From contig CAVKEL010000036.1 of assembly GCA_963655445.1 (NCBI GenBank), positions 1 to 25,817 of the forward strand: 25,817 nt of DNA. The letters run 5' to 3'. The notes under the pieces are model-generated. The model searched no databases. It was not told the DNA's origin and was given only the letters and a program-made list of their open reading frames with translations. The first letter of the stretch is position 1. Every line of letters begins with the position of its first letter. The position numbers and the translations under genes were made by a program. Source of the DNA: Acutalibacteraceae bacterium (GTDB lineage Bacteria; Bacillota_I; Bacilli_A; RFN20; CAG-826). Of this stretch, positions 9,524-19,232 are shown in pieces.

Positions 9524-10399
9524 ATGAAAAGTATCATCGGTAGAAAAATTGGTATGACCGAGGTATATGCAGAAGATGGAACAATGTATGCCGTCACTGT
9601 TGTAGAAGTCTTACCAAACGTTGTTACCCAAAAGAAAACTGTCGAGAAAGATGGTTATGAAGCTCTTCAAGTCGGATATGAAGACAAGAAAGAGAAAAAT
9701 GTAAATAAACCAATGAAAGGTATTTACAAGAAAGCTAATGTTTCACCAAAACAACATTTATATGAATTAAAGGGTGATGAACTTAGCAATTATGAAGTCG
9801 GTCAAGAAATTAAAGCTGATATCTTCCAAATTGGTGATGTAGTTGATGTAATTGGTCATTCAAAAGGAAGAGGATATGCTGGTGTTATTAAGAGATGGCA
9901 TCACAAAATCGGACCAAAAGGACATGGTAGTGGTTACCACAGAGGTCAAGGTTCATTTGCTAACAATGGCCGTTGCAATAACCGTGTTATCCCAGGCAAG
10001 AAGATGGCTGGACACATGGGCAATGATAGAGCAACTGTCTTAAATGCTCGTGTTATTGCAGTTGATGCAACCAAAAATTATATCTTAGTTAGTGGTGGAG
10101 TTCCTGGTAGTAAATTAAGCATCGTTATGATTCGTAGCGCTGTTAAAGGAATTAAACATCCAGAAACAATTAAACCATTACTTGATAGAGCTGCTTATGA
10201 TGCTGCTATTGCTCAAAAGGCTGCTGAAGAAGCTGCTGCAAAAGAAGCAAAGAAAGCAGAAGAAAAAGCAAAAGTTGAAGCCGCTAAGAAAGCTGCTGAA
10301 GAAAAGAAAGCTGCTGAACAACGTGCTGCAGCTGAAGCTAAAAAAGCTGAAGAGGCTGCTTCAAGTGAAGCAAGTGCTCCAAGCGAAGAAAATAAATAG
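9524..10399 (+). CDS. rplC: 50S ribosomal protein L3 (uL3) with long Ala/Lys/Glu C-terminal tail
   Basis: GRKIGMT, DGYEALQVG, SKGRGYAGVIKRW and GKKMAGHMG. Confidence 0.97.
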   Translation: MKSIIGRKIGMTEVYAEDGTMYAVTVVEVLPNVVTQKKTVEKDGYEALQVGYEDKKEKNVNKPMKGIYKKANVSPKQHLYELKGDELSNYEVGQEIKADIFQIGDVVDVIGHSKGRGYAGVIKRWHHKIGPKGHGSGYHRGQGSFANNGRCNNRVIPGKKMAGHMGNDRATVLNARVIAVDATKNYILVSGGVPGSKLSIVMIRSAVKGIKHPETIKPLLDRAAYDAAIAQKAAEEAAAKEAKKAEEKAKVEAAKKAAEEKKAAEQRAAAEAKKAEEAASSEASAPSEENK

Positions 10400-10416
10400 T
10401 AGAAAGGAAATCATTT

Positions 10417-11049
10417 ATGGCTAATACAATGAAATTAAAAGTATTTAAACAAGATGGTTCAGAAGCTTCTACTGTTGATGTTTCCAAAAATGTATTTGGA
10501 TTTGAAGCTGATGGTTCAGAATCTGCAATGTTCAACGCTGTTCTTGTTTATAGAGCAAACTTAAGACAAGCAACTGCCAAAACTAAAAAGAGATTTGAAG
10601 TTTCTGGTGGTGGTAAAAAACCATTCAGACAAAAAGGAACTGGTAGAGCAAGAGCTGGTTCATCAAGATCACCAATTTGGGTTGGTGGTGGAACCGTATT
10701 TGGTCCTACTGGAGTCCAAAACTTCAAGATTAGACAAAACAAGAAAGAACATGCTATTGCAGTCAAGAGTGCATTAAGCCTCTTAGCTAAGAAAGATATG
10801 GTTGTTCTTGATGGTTTAAAAGTTGAAGGTAAAACTAAGGAAATTGTCAAATTATTAGAAGCATTAAAAATTAATGAAAATAAGGTTTTAATCGTCAGTG
10901 AAGATGATAAAGTCTTACAAGCTTCAAACAATCTTCCAAATGTTTTAAATAGAAGTTATGACAATTTAAGTGTTTACGATTTATTAAATACTGAAAAACT
11001 TGTCATCGTTAAAGAAGATTTAAAGAAATTAGAGGAGGGACTTAAATAA
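10417..11049 (+). CDS. rplD: 50S ribosomal protein L4 (uL4)
   Basis: EVSGGGKKPFRQKGTGRARAGSSRSPIWVGGG. Confidence 0.97.
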   Translation: MANTMKLKVFKQDGSEASTVDVSKNVFGFEADGSESAMFNAVLVYRANLRQATAKTKKRFEVSGGGKKPFRQKGTGRARAGSSRSPIWVGGGTVFGPTGVQNFKIRQNKKEHAIAVKSALSLLAKKDMVVLDGLKVEGKTKEIVKLLEALKINENKVLIVSEDDKVLQASNNLPNVLNRSYDNLSVYDLLNTEKLVIVKEDLKKLEEGLK

Positions 11050-11456
11050 TGGCTAAAGAAAAGAAAGTCGCTGAAGTTAGCGAAGTTAAAGAAGAAAAGA
11101 AACCAGCTAAGAAAGCCGCTAAAAAAGAAGCTGTTAAAGAAGTTTCTTCAAAATTCCCAAAAGCAACAATTCATGATCACGAAGTAATTATTGAACCAAT
11201 AATTACTGAAAAGAGCATGAGCTTAACTTCCGAACAAAATAAAGCAACCTTTAAAGTTCAAAAGGATGCAAATAAGATCGAAATTAAGAATGCTATTCAA
11301 AGAATTTATGGCGTTAAAGTTTTAGAAATTAAAACTGTTAATGTTAAACCAAAGAGAACTACTCGTGGAAGTAGATTCCAAGGTAAATTAAGTGGATACA
11401 AAAAGGCCGTTGTCCGTTTAGAAAGTGGACAAGCAATTGACCTTTTCAAGGAATAA
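11049..11456 (+). CDS. rplW: 50S ribosomal protein L23 (uL23) with N-terminal Lys/Glu/Ala extension
   Basis: PIITEKS, ANKIEIKNAI and YKKAVVRL, in the expected operon position. Confidence 0.95.
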   Translation: MAKEKKVAEVSEVKEEKKPAKKAAKKEAVKEVSSKFPKATIHDHEVIIEPIITEKSMSLTSEQNKATFKVQKDANKIEIKNAIQRIYGVKVLEIKTVNVKPKRTTRGSRFQGKLSGYKKAVVRLESGQAIDLFKE

Positions 11457-11489
11457 ACCCGTATCCTTATATAATATAGGAGAAAAAAT

Positions 11490-12323
11490 ATGCCAATTAA
11501 AAGTTATAAACCATATACTCCTTCAAGAAGAGCTATGCAAACTACTTCTTACGAGGAAATTACAAAGAGCACTCCTGAGAAATCATTAGTTGTTACCTTA
11601 AAAAAGACTGGTGGAAGAAATAACCAAGGCGTTATCACTTGCCGTCACATTGGTGGAGGTAATAAGAGAAAATATCGTATTATCGATTTCAAAAGAGATA
11701 AGAAGGGTGTTCCTGGAAAAGTTAGCGCTATCGAATATGATCCAAACCGTAATGCTTTCATTGCTTTGATTAATTATGTCGATGGTGAAAAGAGATATAT
11801 CATTCAACCAAAAGGTTTAAAGGTTGGAGATAAAATCATTAGTGATGATCAAACAGATATCGTTGTTGGTAACTGTTTAAAACTTGAAAATATCCCAGAA
11901 GGTACTGTCGTTAACTGTGTTGAACTTAAACCTGGAAAAGGTGGTCAACTCTGTCGTGCTGCTGGATGTAGCGCTCAAGTACTTGGTAAAGAAGGAAAAT
12001 ATGTCATTATCCGTTTACAAAGCGGTGAAATGCGTAAAATCTTAGCAAGTTGTAGAGCTACAATCGGTTCAGTCGGTAATGAAGATTATACCCTTGTTAA
12101 TGTTGGTAAAGCCGGTAAAACAAGATGGATGGGAACAAGACCTACCGTTAGAGGTAGCGCAATGAACCCACCTGATCACCCACATGGTGGTGGTGAAGGT
12201 AAGTGTCCAGTTGGTCACGATGCACCACGTACTCCATGGGGCAAGAGAGCTTTAGGTCTCAAGACCCGTAAGAATAAGAAAGCTTCTACCAAGCTTATAA
12301 TTCGTAGAATAAATGATAAATAG
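11490..12323 (+). CDS. rplB: 50S ribosomal protein L2 (uL2)
   Basis: [21 protein letters not shown] and [17 protein letters not shown]. Confidence 0.98.
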   Translation: MPIKSYKPYTPSRRAMQTTSYEEITKSTPEKSLVVTLKKTGGRNNQGVITCRHIGGGNKRKYRIIDFKRDKKGVPGKVSAIEYDPNRNAFIALINYVDGEKRYIIQPKGLKVGDKIISDDQTDIVVGNCLKLENIPEGTVVNCVELKPGKGGQLCRAAGCSAQVLGKEGKYVIIRLQSGEMRKILASCRATIGSVGNEDYTLVNVGKAGKTRWMGTRPTVRGSAMNPPDHPHGGGEGKCPVGHDAPRTPWGKRALGLKTRKNKKASTKLIIRRINDK

Positions 12324-12344
12324 TAAAGGAAAGGAGAGATAAAT

Positions 12345-12665
12345 ATGTCAAGAAGTCTTAAAAAAGGACCATTCGTTGATGGACACCTTATGAAAAAAGT
12401 CCAAGAACTCAATGAAAGCAATAAAAAAGCTATCATCAAGACTTGGAGTAGAAGAAGTACAATTTTCCCAGATTTTGTCGAGCACACCTTTGCTGTTTAT
12501 AACGGTCATACCTTTATTACAGTTTATGTAACACAAGATATGGTTGGTCACAAATTAGGTGAATTCGCCCCAACAAGAACTTTCAAAGGTCACTTTGGAA
12601 ATAATGCTGAGGATAAGGCCGCAAATATGGCAGCAGCTGGTGTTAAACCATCTGCAAAGAAATAG
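12345..12665 (+). CDS. rpsS: 30S ribosomal protein S19 (uS19)
   Basis: [21 protein letters not shown] and [13 protein letters not shown]. Confidence 0.98.
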   Translation: MSRSLKKGPFVDGHLMKKVQELNESNKKAIIKTWSRRSTIFPDFVEHTFAVYNGHTFITVYVTQDMVGHKLGEFAPTRTFKGHFGNNAEDKAANMAAAGVKPSAKK

Positions 12666-12675
12666 GAGATAAGTT

Positions 12676-13212
12676 ATGGCAGAAAAAATTGAAAAGAAAC
12701 CAGTAGCTAAGAAAGCTCCAGCAAAGAAAGCTGAAACTAAAGCTGCTCCAGTTAAAGAAAAGAAATCTCCAAAAGCTAAAGTTGCTGAAGAAAAGAAAGT
12801 TGAAGTTAAAGAAGAAAAGAAATCAACTAAGAAAGTCAGTGCTAAGAAAGTCGAAGAAGTTAAACCAACAGTCACTGAAGCAAAAGCAAGTGCACTTAGC
12901 GTTAAAATTACTCCTCGTAAAGCAAGATATGTTCTTGATGCAATAAGAGGGAAAGATGTTGATGAAGCTCTTGGAATCTTAGCAAATAGTGGCAGAGCAA
13001 AAGCAAATAGAATTGTTTCAAAATTAATTCTTAGTGCAAAAGCTAATGCAACTAATAACTACAACATGAATGAAGAAAAATTATATATTGCTTCAATTCA
13101 AGCAAGCGATAGTATCAAGATGAGAAGATATCTTCCACGTGCTAAAGGTAGCGCTAGTGGAATGGTTAAGAGATATTCAAATATCTATGTAACCTTAAAG
13201 GAAAGAGATTAG
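12676..13212 (+). CDS. rplV: 50S ribosomal protein L22 (uL22) with about 65-aa basic N-terminal extension
   Basis: ITPRKARYVLDAIRGK, SAKANATNN and PRAKGSA. Confidence 0.95.
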   Translation: MAEKIEKKPVAKKAPAKKAETKAAPVKEKKSPKAKVAEEKKVEVKEEKKSTKKVSAKKVEEVKPTVTEAKASALSVKITPRKARYVLDAIRGKDVDEALGILANSGRAKANRIVSKLILSAKANATNNYNMNEEKLYIASIQASDSIKMRRYLPRAKGSASGMVKRYSNIYVTLKERD

Positions 13213-13228
13213 GAAAGGAGAGAAAACA

Positions 13229-14029
13229 ATGGGTCAAAAAGTTAATCCAGTCGGACTTAGAATCGGTTTAAATAAAGATTGGTCCAGTAGATGGTTTGCA
13301 GAAAATAAAGATTTTTCTACTTTCTTACTCGAAGATAGCAATACTCGTAAATATCTTGAAAAAACAATCGCTAAAGATGCTTATTTAAGCCATATTGATA
13401 TCGAAAGAAAGAAAACTGATAAAGGTTATAACGTTAATGTTCAAATCTTTGTTGCTCGTCCAGGTTTCGTTATTGGCGAAAAAGGTGCCAACATTGAAGT
13501 TTATAAGAAAGCTATCAGTAAAATTTGCAATGGTGCAAATATTAAAATTGATGTTATCGAAGTTAAAAATCCTAGCTTAGATGCACGTATCGTCAGCGAA
13601 CAAATTGCTGATCAACTTGAAAGACGTGCTTCCTTCCGTATTGCTCAAAAGAAAGCAATTATGCAAGTTAGAAAAGCTGGTGCAAGAGGTATTAAAACTC
13701 GTGTTTCAGGAAGACTTGGCGGTGCTGAAATTGCTCGTGAAGAAGGATATAAAGAAGGAACTATGGCAATCAATACCTTAAGAACTGATATTGATTATGC
13801 AATTAGTGAAGCTCATACCACTTATGGAAAACTTGGTGTCAAAGTCTGGATTTCAAGAGGAGAAAAAGAATTTGGTAAATTTGAAGAAGAAACTCAAAAG
13901 AGTGATGCTGAAATCAACGCTCCAAAATTCAATAAGGGTGGAGATAGAGGAGATAGAAACAACAAACGTTTTGCTCCTAAAAAAGAAAACAATGCTCCAG
14001 TAAAAGAAGAAGCTAAGAAAGGAGAATAA
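13229..14029 (+). CDS. rpsC: 30S ribosomal protein S3 (uS3)
   Basis: [24 protein letters not shown] and [12 protein letters not shown]. Confidence 0.98.
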   Translation: MGQKVNPVGLRIGLNKDWSSRWFAENKDFSTFLLEDSNTRKYLEKTIAKDAYLSHIDIERKKTDKGYNVNVQIFVARPGFVIGEKGANIEVYKKAISKICNGANIKIDVIEVKNPSLDARIVSEQIADQLERRASFRIAQKKAIMQVRKAGARGIKTRVSGRLGGAEIAREEGYKEGTMAINTLRTDIDYAISEAHTTYGKLGVKVWISRGEKEFGKFEEETQKSDAEINAPKFNKGGDRGDRNNKRFAPKKENNAPVKEEAKKGE

Positions 14030-14031
14030 CT

Positions 14032-14589
14032 ATGTTACAACCAAAAAGAGTTAAATATAGAAGACCACATATTATTAAATATGAAGGTTTATCAAAAGGT
14101 GGTAACGAAGTAGCCTTTGGTGAATATGGTTTACAAGCCACTGAAGGTGCTTGGGTAAGTGATCGTCAAATTGAAGCTTGCCGTGTTATCTTATCTCGTT
14201 ACACTAAAAGAACTGGTAAATCATGGATTAGAATTTTCCCTCACTTAGCAAAAACTAAGAAACCTGCTGAAGTTCGTATGGGTTCAGGAAAAGGTAATCC
14301 AGAATACTGGGTCGCAGTCGTTAAAAAGAATAGAATTTTATTCGAAGTTGCTGGTATTCCAGAAGAACTCGAAAAAGAATGCTTAAGAATGTGTTCCTAT
14401 AAGTTACCACTTAAGTGCAAGATCGTTAAAACTAATAGAAAAGTCGCTAATTACGTTCATTCAGATAGTGATGCAGTTGTCGCTCCAAGCGAAAATGCTC
14501 CTACTCAACCAGAAGTTATCCATGGTGGTAATGAAGTGAATGAAGGTGCTGTAGCTGATAAATCACAAAAGAAGGAGAGTACTAGATAA
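14032..14589 (+). CDS. rplP: 50S ribosomal protein L16 (uL16) with C-terminal extension
   Basis: [16 protein letters not shown] and EVRMGSGKG. Confidence 0.97.
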   Translation: MLQPKRVKYRRPHIIKYEGLSKGGNEVAFGEYGLQATEGAWVSDRQIEACRVILSRYTKRTGKSWIRIFPHLAKTKKPAEVRMGSGKGNPEYWVAVVKKNRILFEVAGIPEELEKECLRMCSYKLPLKCKIVKTNRKVANYVHSDSDAVVAPSENAPTQPEVIHGGNEVNEGAVADKSQKKESTR

Positions 14590-14591
14590 CT

Positions 14592-14789
14592 ATGAAAATC
14601 GAAGAAATTAAGAAAATGTCTACAGAAGATTTAAATAGTAAAGTATATTCCCTTAAAGAAGAGTTATACGATCTTCGTAGAAAAAAAGCTGTTGGACAAT
14701 TAGAAAATCTTTCTCATATTAAAGAAGTTAGAAAAGACATTGCTCGTATCTATACTGTTTTGAAAGAAAGAGAACTTGGAATTAAATAA
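14592..14789 (+). CDS. rpmC: 50S ribosomal protein L29 (uL29)
   Basis: LKEELYDLR, GQLEN and VRKDIARIYT, in the expected position. Confidence 0.95.
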   Translation: MKIEEIKKMSTEDLNSKVYSLKEELYDLRRKKAVGQLENLSHIKEVRKDIARIYTVLKERELGIK

Positions 14790-14799
14790 GGAGTAAGTT

Positions 14800-15135
14800 A
14801 TGGATAAACGTAGAAGAATTCAAGGTGTCGTTTTTTCAAATAAAAACGATAAAACCATTGGCGTTATGTTAAGCGGTTATAAAAAACACTCCAAATATTT
14901 AAAGAGAGTTCAATTTAGAAGCAAATATTATGCTGATGATCCAAAAAATGAAGCTAAGGTTGGTGATTTAGTCACTATTGAAGAGTGCAGACCAATCTCA
15001 AAAACAAAAAGATTTAAACTTGTTTCAATAGATAAGAAAGCTTTAGAAGAAATTAAAGTTTCTGAAGAAGCTGCTGTTGAAGAAGTCTTACATGATGAAG
15101 ACAAGAGTGAAGAAGAAACTAAGGAGGAAAACTAG
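14800..15135 (+). CDS. rpsQ: 30S ribosomal protein S17 (uS17) with acidic tail
   Basis: [12 protein letters not shown] and [18 protein letters not shown]. Confidence 0.95.
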   Translation: MDKRRRIQGVVFSNKNDKTIGVMLSGYKKHSKYLKRVQFRSKYYADDPKNEAKVGDLVTIEECRPISKTKRFKLVSIDKKALEEIKVSEEAAVEEVLHDEDKSEEETKEEN

Positions 15136-15137
15136 TT

Positions 15138-15515
15138 ATGATACAAACAGAAACCAATTTAGTTGTAGCTGATAATAGCGGCGCTCACCTTGTTAGAGTC
15201 TTCAGACTCTATGGTGGTAGCCATAGAAAATCAGTTTCAGTCGGCGATATCGTCTTATGTGCTGTTAAAGATGCAGAACCAGCTGGAAAAGTTAAAAAGA
15301 GTCAAATCGTTAAAGCTGTTATTGTTCGTACATCTTATCCAATTCAAAGAAAAGATGGCAGTTCAATCAGATTTGATGACAATGCTTGCGTTATTATTGA
15401 TGACAATAAAAACCCAGTTGGAACACGTGTTTTCGGACCTGTTGCCCGTGAAATTCGTGAAAAAGGTGGAGATGGATTTATGAAGATTATCTCCCTTGCA
15501 ACTGAAGTTTTATAG
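15138..15515 (+). CDS. rplN: 50S ribosomal protein L14 (uL14)
   Basis: MIQ...VADNSGA, FDDNACV and [13 protein letters not shown]. Confidence 0.98.
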   Translation: MIQTETNLVVADNSGAHLVRVFRLYGGSHRKSVSVGDIVLCAVKDAEPAGKVKKSQIVKAVIVRTSYPIQRKDGSSIRFDDNACVIIDDNKNPVGTRVFGPVAREIREKGGDGFMKIISLATEVL

Positions 15516-15529
15516 AAAGGATAAATGCT

Positions 15530-15841
15530 ATGAAAATTAAAACTGGTGATAAGGTCATTGTCATAAGTGGCAAAGACAAGGGTAAAACTGGTGTTGTTCA
15601 AAAAGTTTATCCTAAAGTTAATAAAGTTGTTGTTGAAGGCGTTAATATTCATAAAAAACACCTCAAACCAACTCAACAAAATCCAGAAGGAAGCATTCAA
15701 GAAATGTATGCTCCACTTGATGCTAGCAAGGTAATGTATTACGATGCTAAAGCAAAGAAGGGAACAAGACTTGGATATAAAGTTTCCAAAGATGGATCAA
15801 AAGTTAGATTCGCTAAAAAGAGCGGTCAAGAAATTAAGTAA
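15530..15841 (+). CDS. rplX: 50S ribosomal protein L24 (uL24)
   Basis: KOW motif [16 protein letters not shown] and VEGVN. Confidence 0.97.
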   Translation: MKIKTGDKVIVISGKDKGKTGVVQKVYPKVNKVVVEGVNIHKKHLKPTQQNPEGSIQEMYAPLDASKVMYYDAKAKKGTRLGYKVSKDGSKVRFAKKSGQEIK

Positions 15842-15852
15842 AGGAGAGAATT

Positions 15853-16512
15853 ATGGCAGAAGAAAAGAAAAGTGTTGCTAAAAAATCAGTAAAAGCTGAT
15901 TCTCCAAAAGCTCCAAAAGAATCTAAACCAGAAGCAAAGAAAGTTTCTAATGGTCATAAAGAAGCTACAAATACTACAAGACTTTTAGAAAAATACAACA
16001 AAGAGATCAAACCAGAACTTTTAAAGAAGTTCGAATATAAGAGCGTTATGCAATGCCCAAAACTTGAGAAGATTGTTGTCAATATTGGTGTTGGTGATGC
16101 AACTCAAGATGATAAGAGACTTGATGAATGTGTTGAAGAAATTGCTTTAATTACAGGACAAAAATGTGTTGTTACTAAAGCTAAAAAATCAATTGCTCCA
16201 TTTAAATTAAGAGAAGGACAATCAATTGGTTGTAAAGTTACTCTTAGAGGAGTCAGAATGTATGAATTCTTTGATAAACTCGTATCAATTGCTCTCCCAC
16301 GTGTCCGTGATTTTAGAGGTGTTTCTAAAAACTCATTCGATGGAAGAGGAAATTATACTTTAGGTGTTAAAGAACAACTTATATTCCCAGAAATTGATTA
16401 TGATAAGGTTGGCAAGGTTAGAGGTATGGATGTCGTTATCGTAACCACTGCAAATAGTGATGAAGAAGCATATGCATTACTTAAAGCCTTAGGTATGCCT
16501 TTCAGTAAATAG
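15853..16512 (+). CDS. rplE: 50S ribosomal protein L5 (uL5) with about 40-aa N-terminal extension
   Basis: [25 protein letters not shown] and FDGRGNY. Confidence 0.97.
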   Translation: MAEEKKSVAKKSVKADSPKAPKESKPEAKKVSNGHKEATNTTRLLEKYNKEIKPELLKKFEYKSVMQCPKLEKIVVNIGVGDATQDDKRLDECVEEIALITGQKCVVTKAKKSIAPFKLREGQSIGCKVTLRGVRMYEFFDKLVSIALPRVRDFRGVSKNSFDGRGNYTLGVKEQLIFPEIDYDKVGKVRGMDVVIVTTANSDEEAYALLKALGMPFSK

Positions 16513-16528
16513 TTAGGAGGAAATAAAC

Positions 16529-16714
16529 ATGGCAAAGAAAAGTTTAATTGCAAAACAAGAGCGTAAGCCAAAGTTCTCAACTCGTGCTTATTCTCGTTGT
16601 AAAAGATGTGGACGTCCTCATGGCGTTTACTCAAAATTCGGATTATGTAGAATTTGCTTAAGAGAGCTTGCTTATAAAGGTGAGATCCCTGGCATGAAGA
16701 AATCTTCATGGTAA
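16529..16714 (+). CDS. rpsN: 30S ribosomal protein S14, zinc-binding 61-aa (type Z) form
   Basis: RCKRCGRP...FGLCRIC, ending KKSSW. Confidence 0.97.
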   Translation: MAKKSLIAKQERKPKFSTRAYSRCKRCGRPHGVYSKFGLCRICLRELAYKGEIPGMKKSSW

Positions 16715-16733
16715 TTATTAGGAGGAAAAAACG

Positions 16734-17132
16734 ATGCATCAAGATCCAATAGCCGATATGCTAACAAGAATTAGAAACGCTAACGCTATTCGTAAAGACA
16801 GTGTTTCTATGCCTTCTAGTAAAATTAAAGTCGGAATCGCTAAGATTCTTCTTAGTGAAGGTTTTATAAAAGATTATAAAGAAAGCAAAGTCAGTGAAGG
16901 TAAAAAAGAATTAACAATTACCTTAAAATACGGACCAAATGGTGAAAGAGTCATCTCTGGACTTAAGAGAATTTCAAAACCTGGTCTTAGAGTCACTGCT
17001 GATAGCAAAAACTTACCAAGTGTCTTAAGAGGTTTAGGTATTGCTATCATCTCAACTAGTAAAGGACTTTTAACCGATAAAGAGTGTAAAGCTCAAAATG
17101 TCGGTGGCGAAGTTATTTGCTACATCTGGTAG
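16734..17132 (+). CDS. rpsH: 30S ribosomal protein S8 (uS8)
   Basis: [20 protein letters not shown] and GGEVICYIW. Confidence 0.98.
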   Translation: MHQDPIADMLTRIRNANAIRKDSVSMPSSKIKVGIAKILLSEGFIKDYKESKVSEGKKELTITLKYGPNGERVISGLKRISKPGLRVTADSKNLPSVLRGLGIAIISTSKGLLTDKECKAQNVGGEVICYIW

Positions 17133-17143
17133 GAGGTAAGAAT

Positions 17144-17695
17144 ATGTCAAGAATTGGAAATAAACTTATTAATATACCAGAAGGATTAAATGTCTCAGTT
17201 GATGGTGATGTTATTGATATCAAAGGTAAAGTTGGTGAAGATAAAATTAAATTTGATAAAAACTATGTTGATATCGAAATTAACGATGGAATTATCAAAG
17301 TTACTCGTAAAAATGAAGAAAAACACACCAAACAAATGCATGGAACCACTCGTGCTTTATTACATAATGCAATAGTTGGATGTAGTGAAGGATTTACCAA
17401 AGAATTAGAACTCGTTGGTATTGGTTATAGAGCAGAACTTAAAGGAAAAGATTTAGTACTTTATGTTGGATATAGCCATCCTGTAACTATTTCTCCACTT
17501 GAAGGAGTCACTATTTCATTAAAAGATGCCAACCACGTTGTTGTCACTGGAAGTGATAAATTCAAAGTTGGTCAAGTCAGTGCATTAATTCATGACACAC
17601 GTAAACCTGAACCATATCAAGGTAAAGGTATTAAGTATAAAGGCGAAGTTATCATCCGTAAGGAAGGTAAGAGAGCTGGTGCTGGTGCTAAATAA
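17144..17695 (+). CDS. rplF: 50S ribosomal protein L6 (uL6)
   Basis: The canonical start MSRIG is at ATG 17144 after SD AGGAGG; the track's TTG 17117 lies inside rpsH. GYSHP and PEPYQGKGI. Confidence 0.97.
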   Translation: MSRIGNKLINIPEGLNVSVDGDVIDIKGKVGEDKIKFDKNYVDIEINDGIIKVTRKNEEKHTKQMHGTTRALLHNAIVGCSEGFTKELELVGIGYRAELKGKDLVLYVGYSHPVTISPLEGVTISLKDANHVVVTGSDKFKVGQVSALIHDTRKPEPYQGKGIKYKGEVIIRKEGKRAGAGAK

Positions 17696-17707
17696 GGAGA
17701 TTAATTT

Positions 17708-18064
17708 ATGATTAAGAAAGTTAGTAAAAATGAAGTCCGTGTTAGAAAACACGTTCGTGTCAGACAAAAAGTCTCCGGTACAAGCGAAAAACCAAGATTA
17801 TGTGTCTTCAGAAGTAATAAACACATTAGCGCTCAAGTTATTGATGACGTTAAGGGAGTTACCTTAGTTAGCTCATCAAGCGTTGCTTTAAAGCTTAATG
17901 ATGGTGGTAATGTTGAAGGCGCTAAAAAAGTTGGTGAAGATATTGCTAAGAAATGCTTAGAAAAGAAGATTGATACCGTTGTCTTCGATAGAGCAGGTTA
18001 TATCTATCATGGTAGAGTTAAGGCTCTTGCCGAAGCCGCAAGAAGTGCAGGCTTAAAATTCTAA
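17708..18064 (+). CDS. rplR: 50S ribosomal protein L18 (uL18)
   Basis: [12 protein letters not shown] and [17 protein letters not shown]. Confidence 0.97.
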   Translation: MIKKVSKNEVRVRKHVRVRQKVSGTSEKPRLCVFRSNKHISAQVIDDVKGVTLVSSSSVALKLNDGGNVEGAKKVGEDIAKKCLEKKIDTVVFDRAGYIYHGRVKALAEAARSAGLKF

Positions 18065-18076
18065 GGGAGATCACTT

Positions 18077-18751
18077 ATGGAAAATGAAAACAAAGTAGAA
18101 GTTGCTCAAGAAGAGCAAGTTAAAACTGAAGCCCCTCAAACTGAAAATGTTGAAGGACAAGAAAAAGCTCATGACCAACGTGGTCCAAAAAACGGTAGAA
18201 ATGATCGTAAAGGTGGAAAACGTCCTTTCAATAAACAAAATAGAAAGCCTGAAGTTAAGGAATTCGAAGAAAGAGTAGTTTACATTAACAGAGTCACCAA
18301 AGTTGTTAAAGGTGGTAAGAGAATGAAATTCAGTGCTCTTGTTGTTGTTGGAAACCACAAAGGCAAATATGGATTTGCAATGTGCAAGAGTGGTGAAGTC
18401 CCAGATGCAATCAAGAAAGCAGTTGATAAATCAAAACGTAATCTTTACGAAATTAAACTTGTTGGAAGTGCAAAAACTATTTCCCACGATGTTATTGGAA
18501 AATATGGTGCAACAACAGTTTTCTTAAAACCAGCTTTAGATGGTACTGGAATTATTGCTGGCGGACCAGTCCGTGCTATTTTAGAACTTTGTGGCGTTAA
18601 TAACGTCTATTCAAAAGTTTATGGTTCCAGAACTTCAGTCAACGTAATTAGAGCTACAAACGCTGCTTTAAATCAATTAAAAGATTATAAATCAGTTCAA
18701 GCTTTACGTGGAATTGGCGTAGAAGAAGGAGGAAAAGACGATGTTAAATAA
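18077..18751 (+). CDS. rpsE: 30S ribosomal protein S5 (uS5) with N-terminal extension
   Basis: INRVTKVVKGG, EVPDAIKKA and GTGIIAGG. Confidence 0.97.
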   Translation: MENENKVEVAQEEQVKTEAPQTENVEGQEKAHDQRGPKNGRNDRKGGKRPFNKQNRKPEVKEFEERVVYINRVTKVVKGGKRMKFSALVVVGNHKGKYGFAMCKSGEVPDAIKKAVDKSKRNLYEIKLVGSAKTISHDVIGKYGATTVFLKPALDGTGIIAGGPVRAILELCGVNNVYSKVYGSRTSVNVIRATNAALNQLKDYKSVQALRGIGVEEGGKDDVK

Positions 18752-19187
18752 CTTAAAACCTGCTTCAGGCAGCCGTAAAAAGAAAATCAGAAGATGTAGA
18801 GGTCTTGGAAGCGGACTTGGAAAGAATGGTGGATCTGGTAATAAAGGTCAAAATTCTAGAACTGGTGGCGGAGTCGCTTTAGGATTTGAAGGTGGACAAA
18901 ACCCACTTTGGAGAAGATTACCAAAGAGAGGTACTGGTTTCAAATCACATTGCCATGTCACCTATGCAGTCGTTTCTTTAACTGATATTAATGAAAAATT
19001 CAAGGATGGAGATGTTGTTACAACAACCGAACTCATTGAAAAAGGATTAGTTAAAAAAGAACTCTATGGTACTAAAATTTTAAATGGTACTTTAGAAAAG
19101 AAGCTTACAATAAAAGCTGATAAATTCAGTGCAAGTGCACTCGAGACCATTAAAAATACAGGTTCGACTGCAGAAGTTGTTGAGTAA
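18741..19187 (+). CDS. rplO: 50S ribosomal protein L15 (uL15)
   Basis: RGLGSGLGK, KGQNSR and GFEGGQNPLWRRLPKRG. It overlaps rpsE by 11 nt. Confidence 0.97.
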   Translation: MLNNLKPASGSRKKKIRRCRGLGSGLGKNGGSGNKGQNSRTGGGVALGFEGGQNPLWRRLPKRGTGFKSHCHVTYAVVSLTDINEKFKDGDVVTTTELIEKGLVKKELYGTKILNGTLEKKLTIKADKFSASALETIKNTGSTAEVVE

Positions 19188-19232
19188 AATTTTAATAGGT
19201 CTTATATTATTAAATATTGTAGGATTTTTTAA

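Noticed and set aside
10190..10360. GCTGCTGAAGAA-type repeats as a possible CRISPR array or VNTR
   Set aside because: They are degenerate coding repeats of the uL3 tail with no constant repeat-spacer period.
10453..10521. 12-nt direct repeat GATGGTTCAGAA (DGSE twice) in rplD
   Set aside because: Short, in frame, only two copies; no array or mobile-element context.
11437..11475. Internal promoter before rplB (TTGACC ... TATAAT)
   Set aside because: The spacer is 27 nt, too long for SigA, and there is no extended -10.
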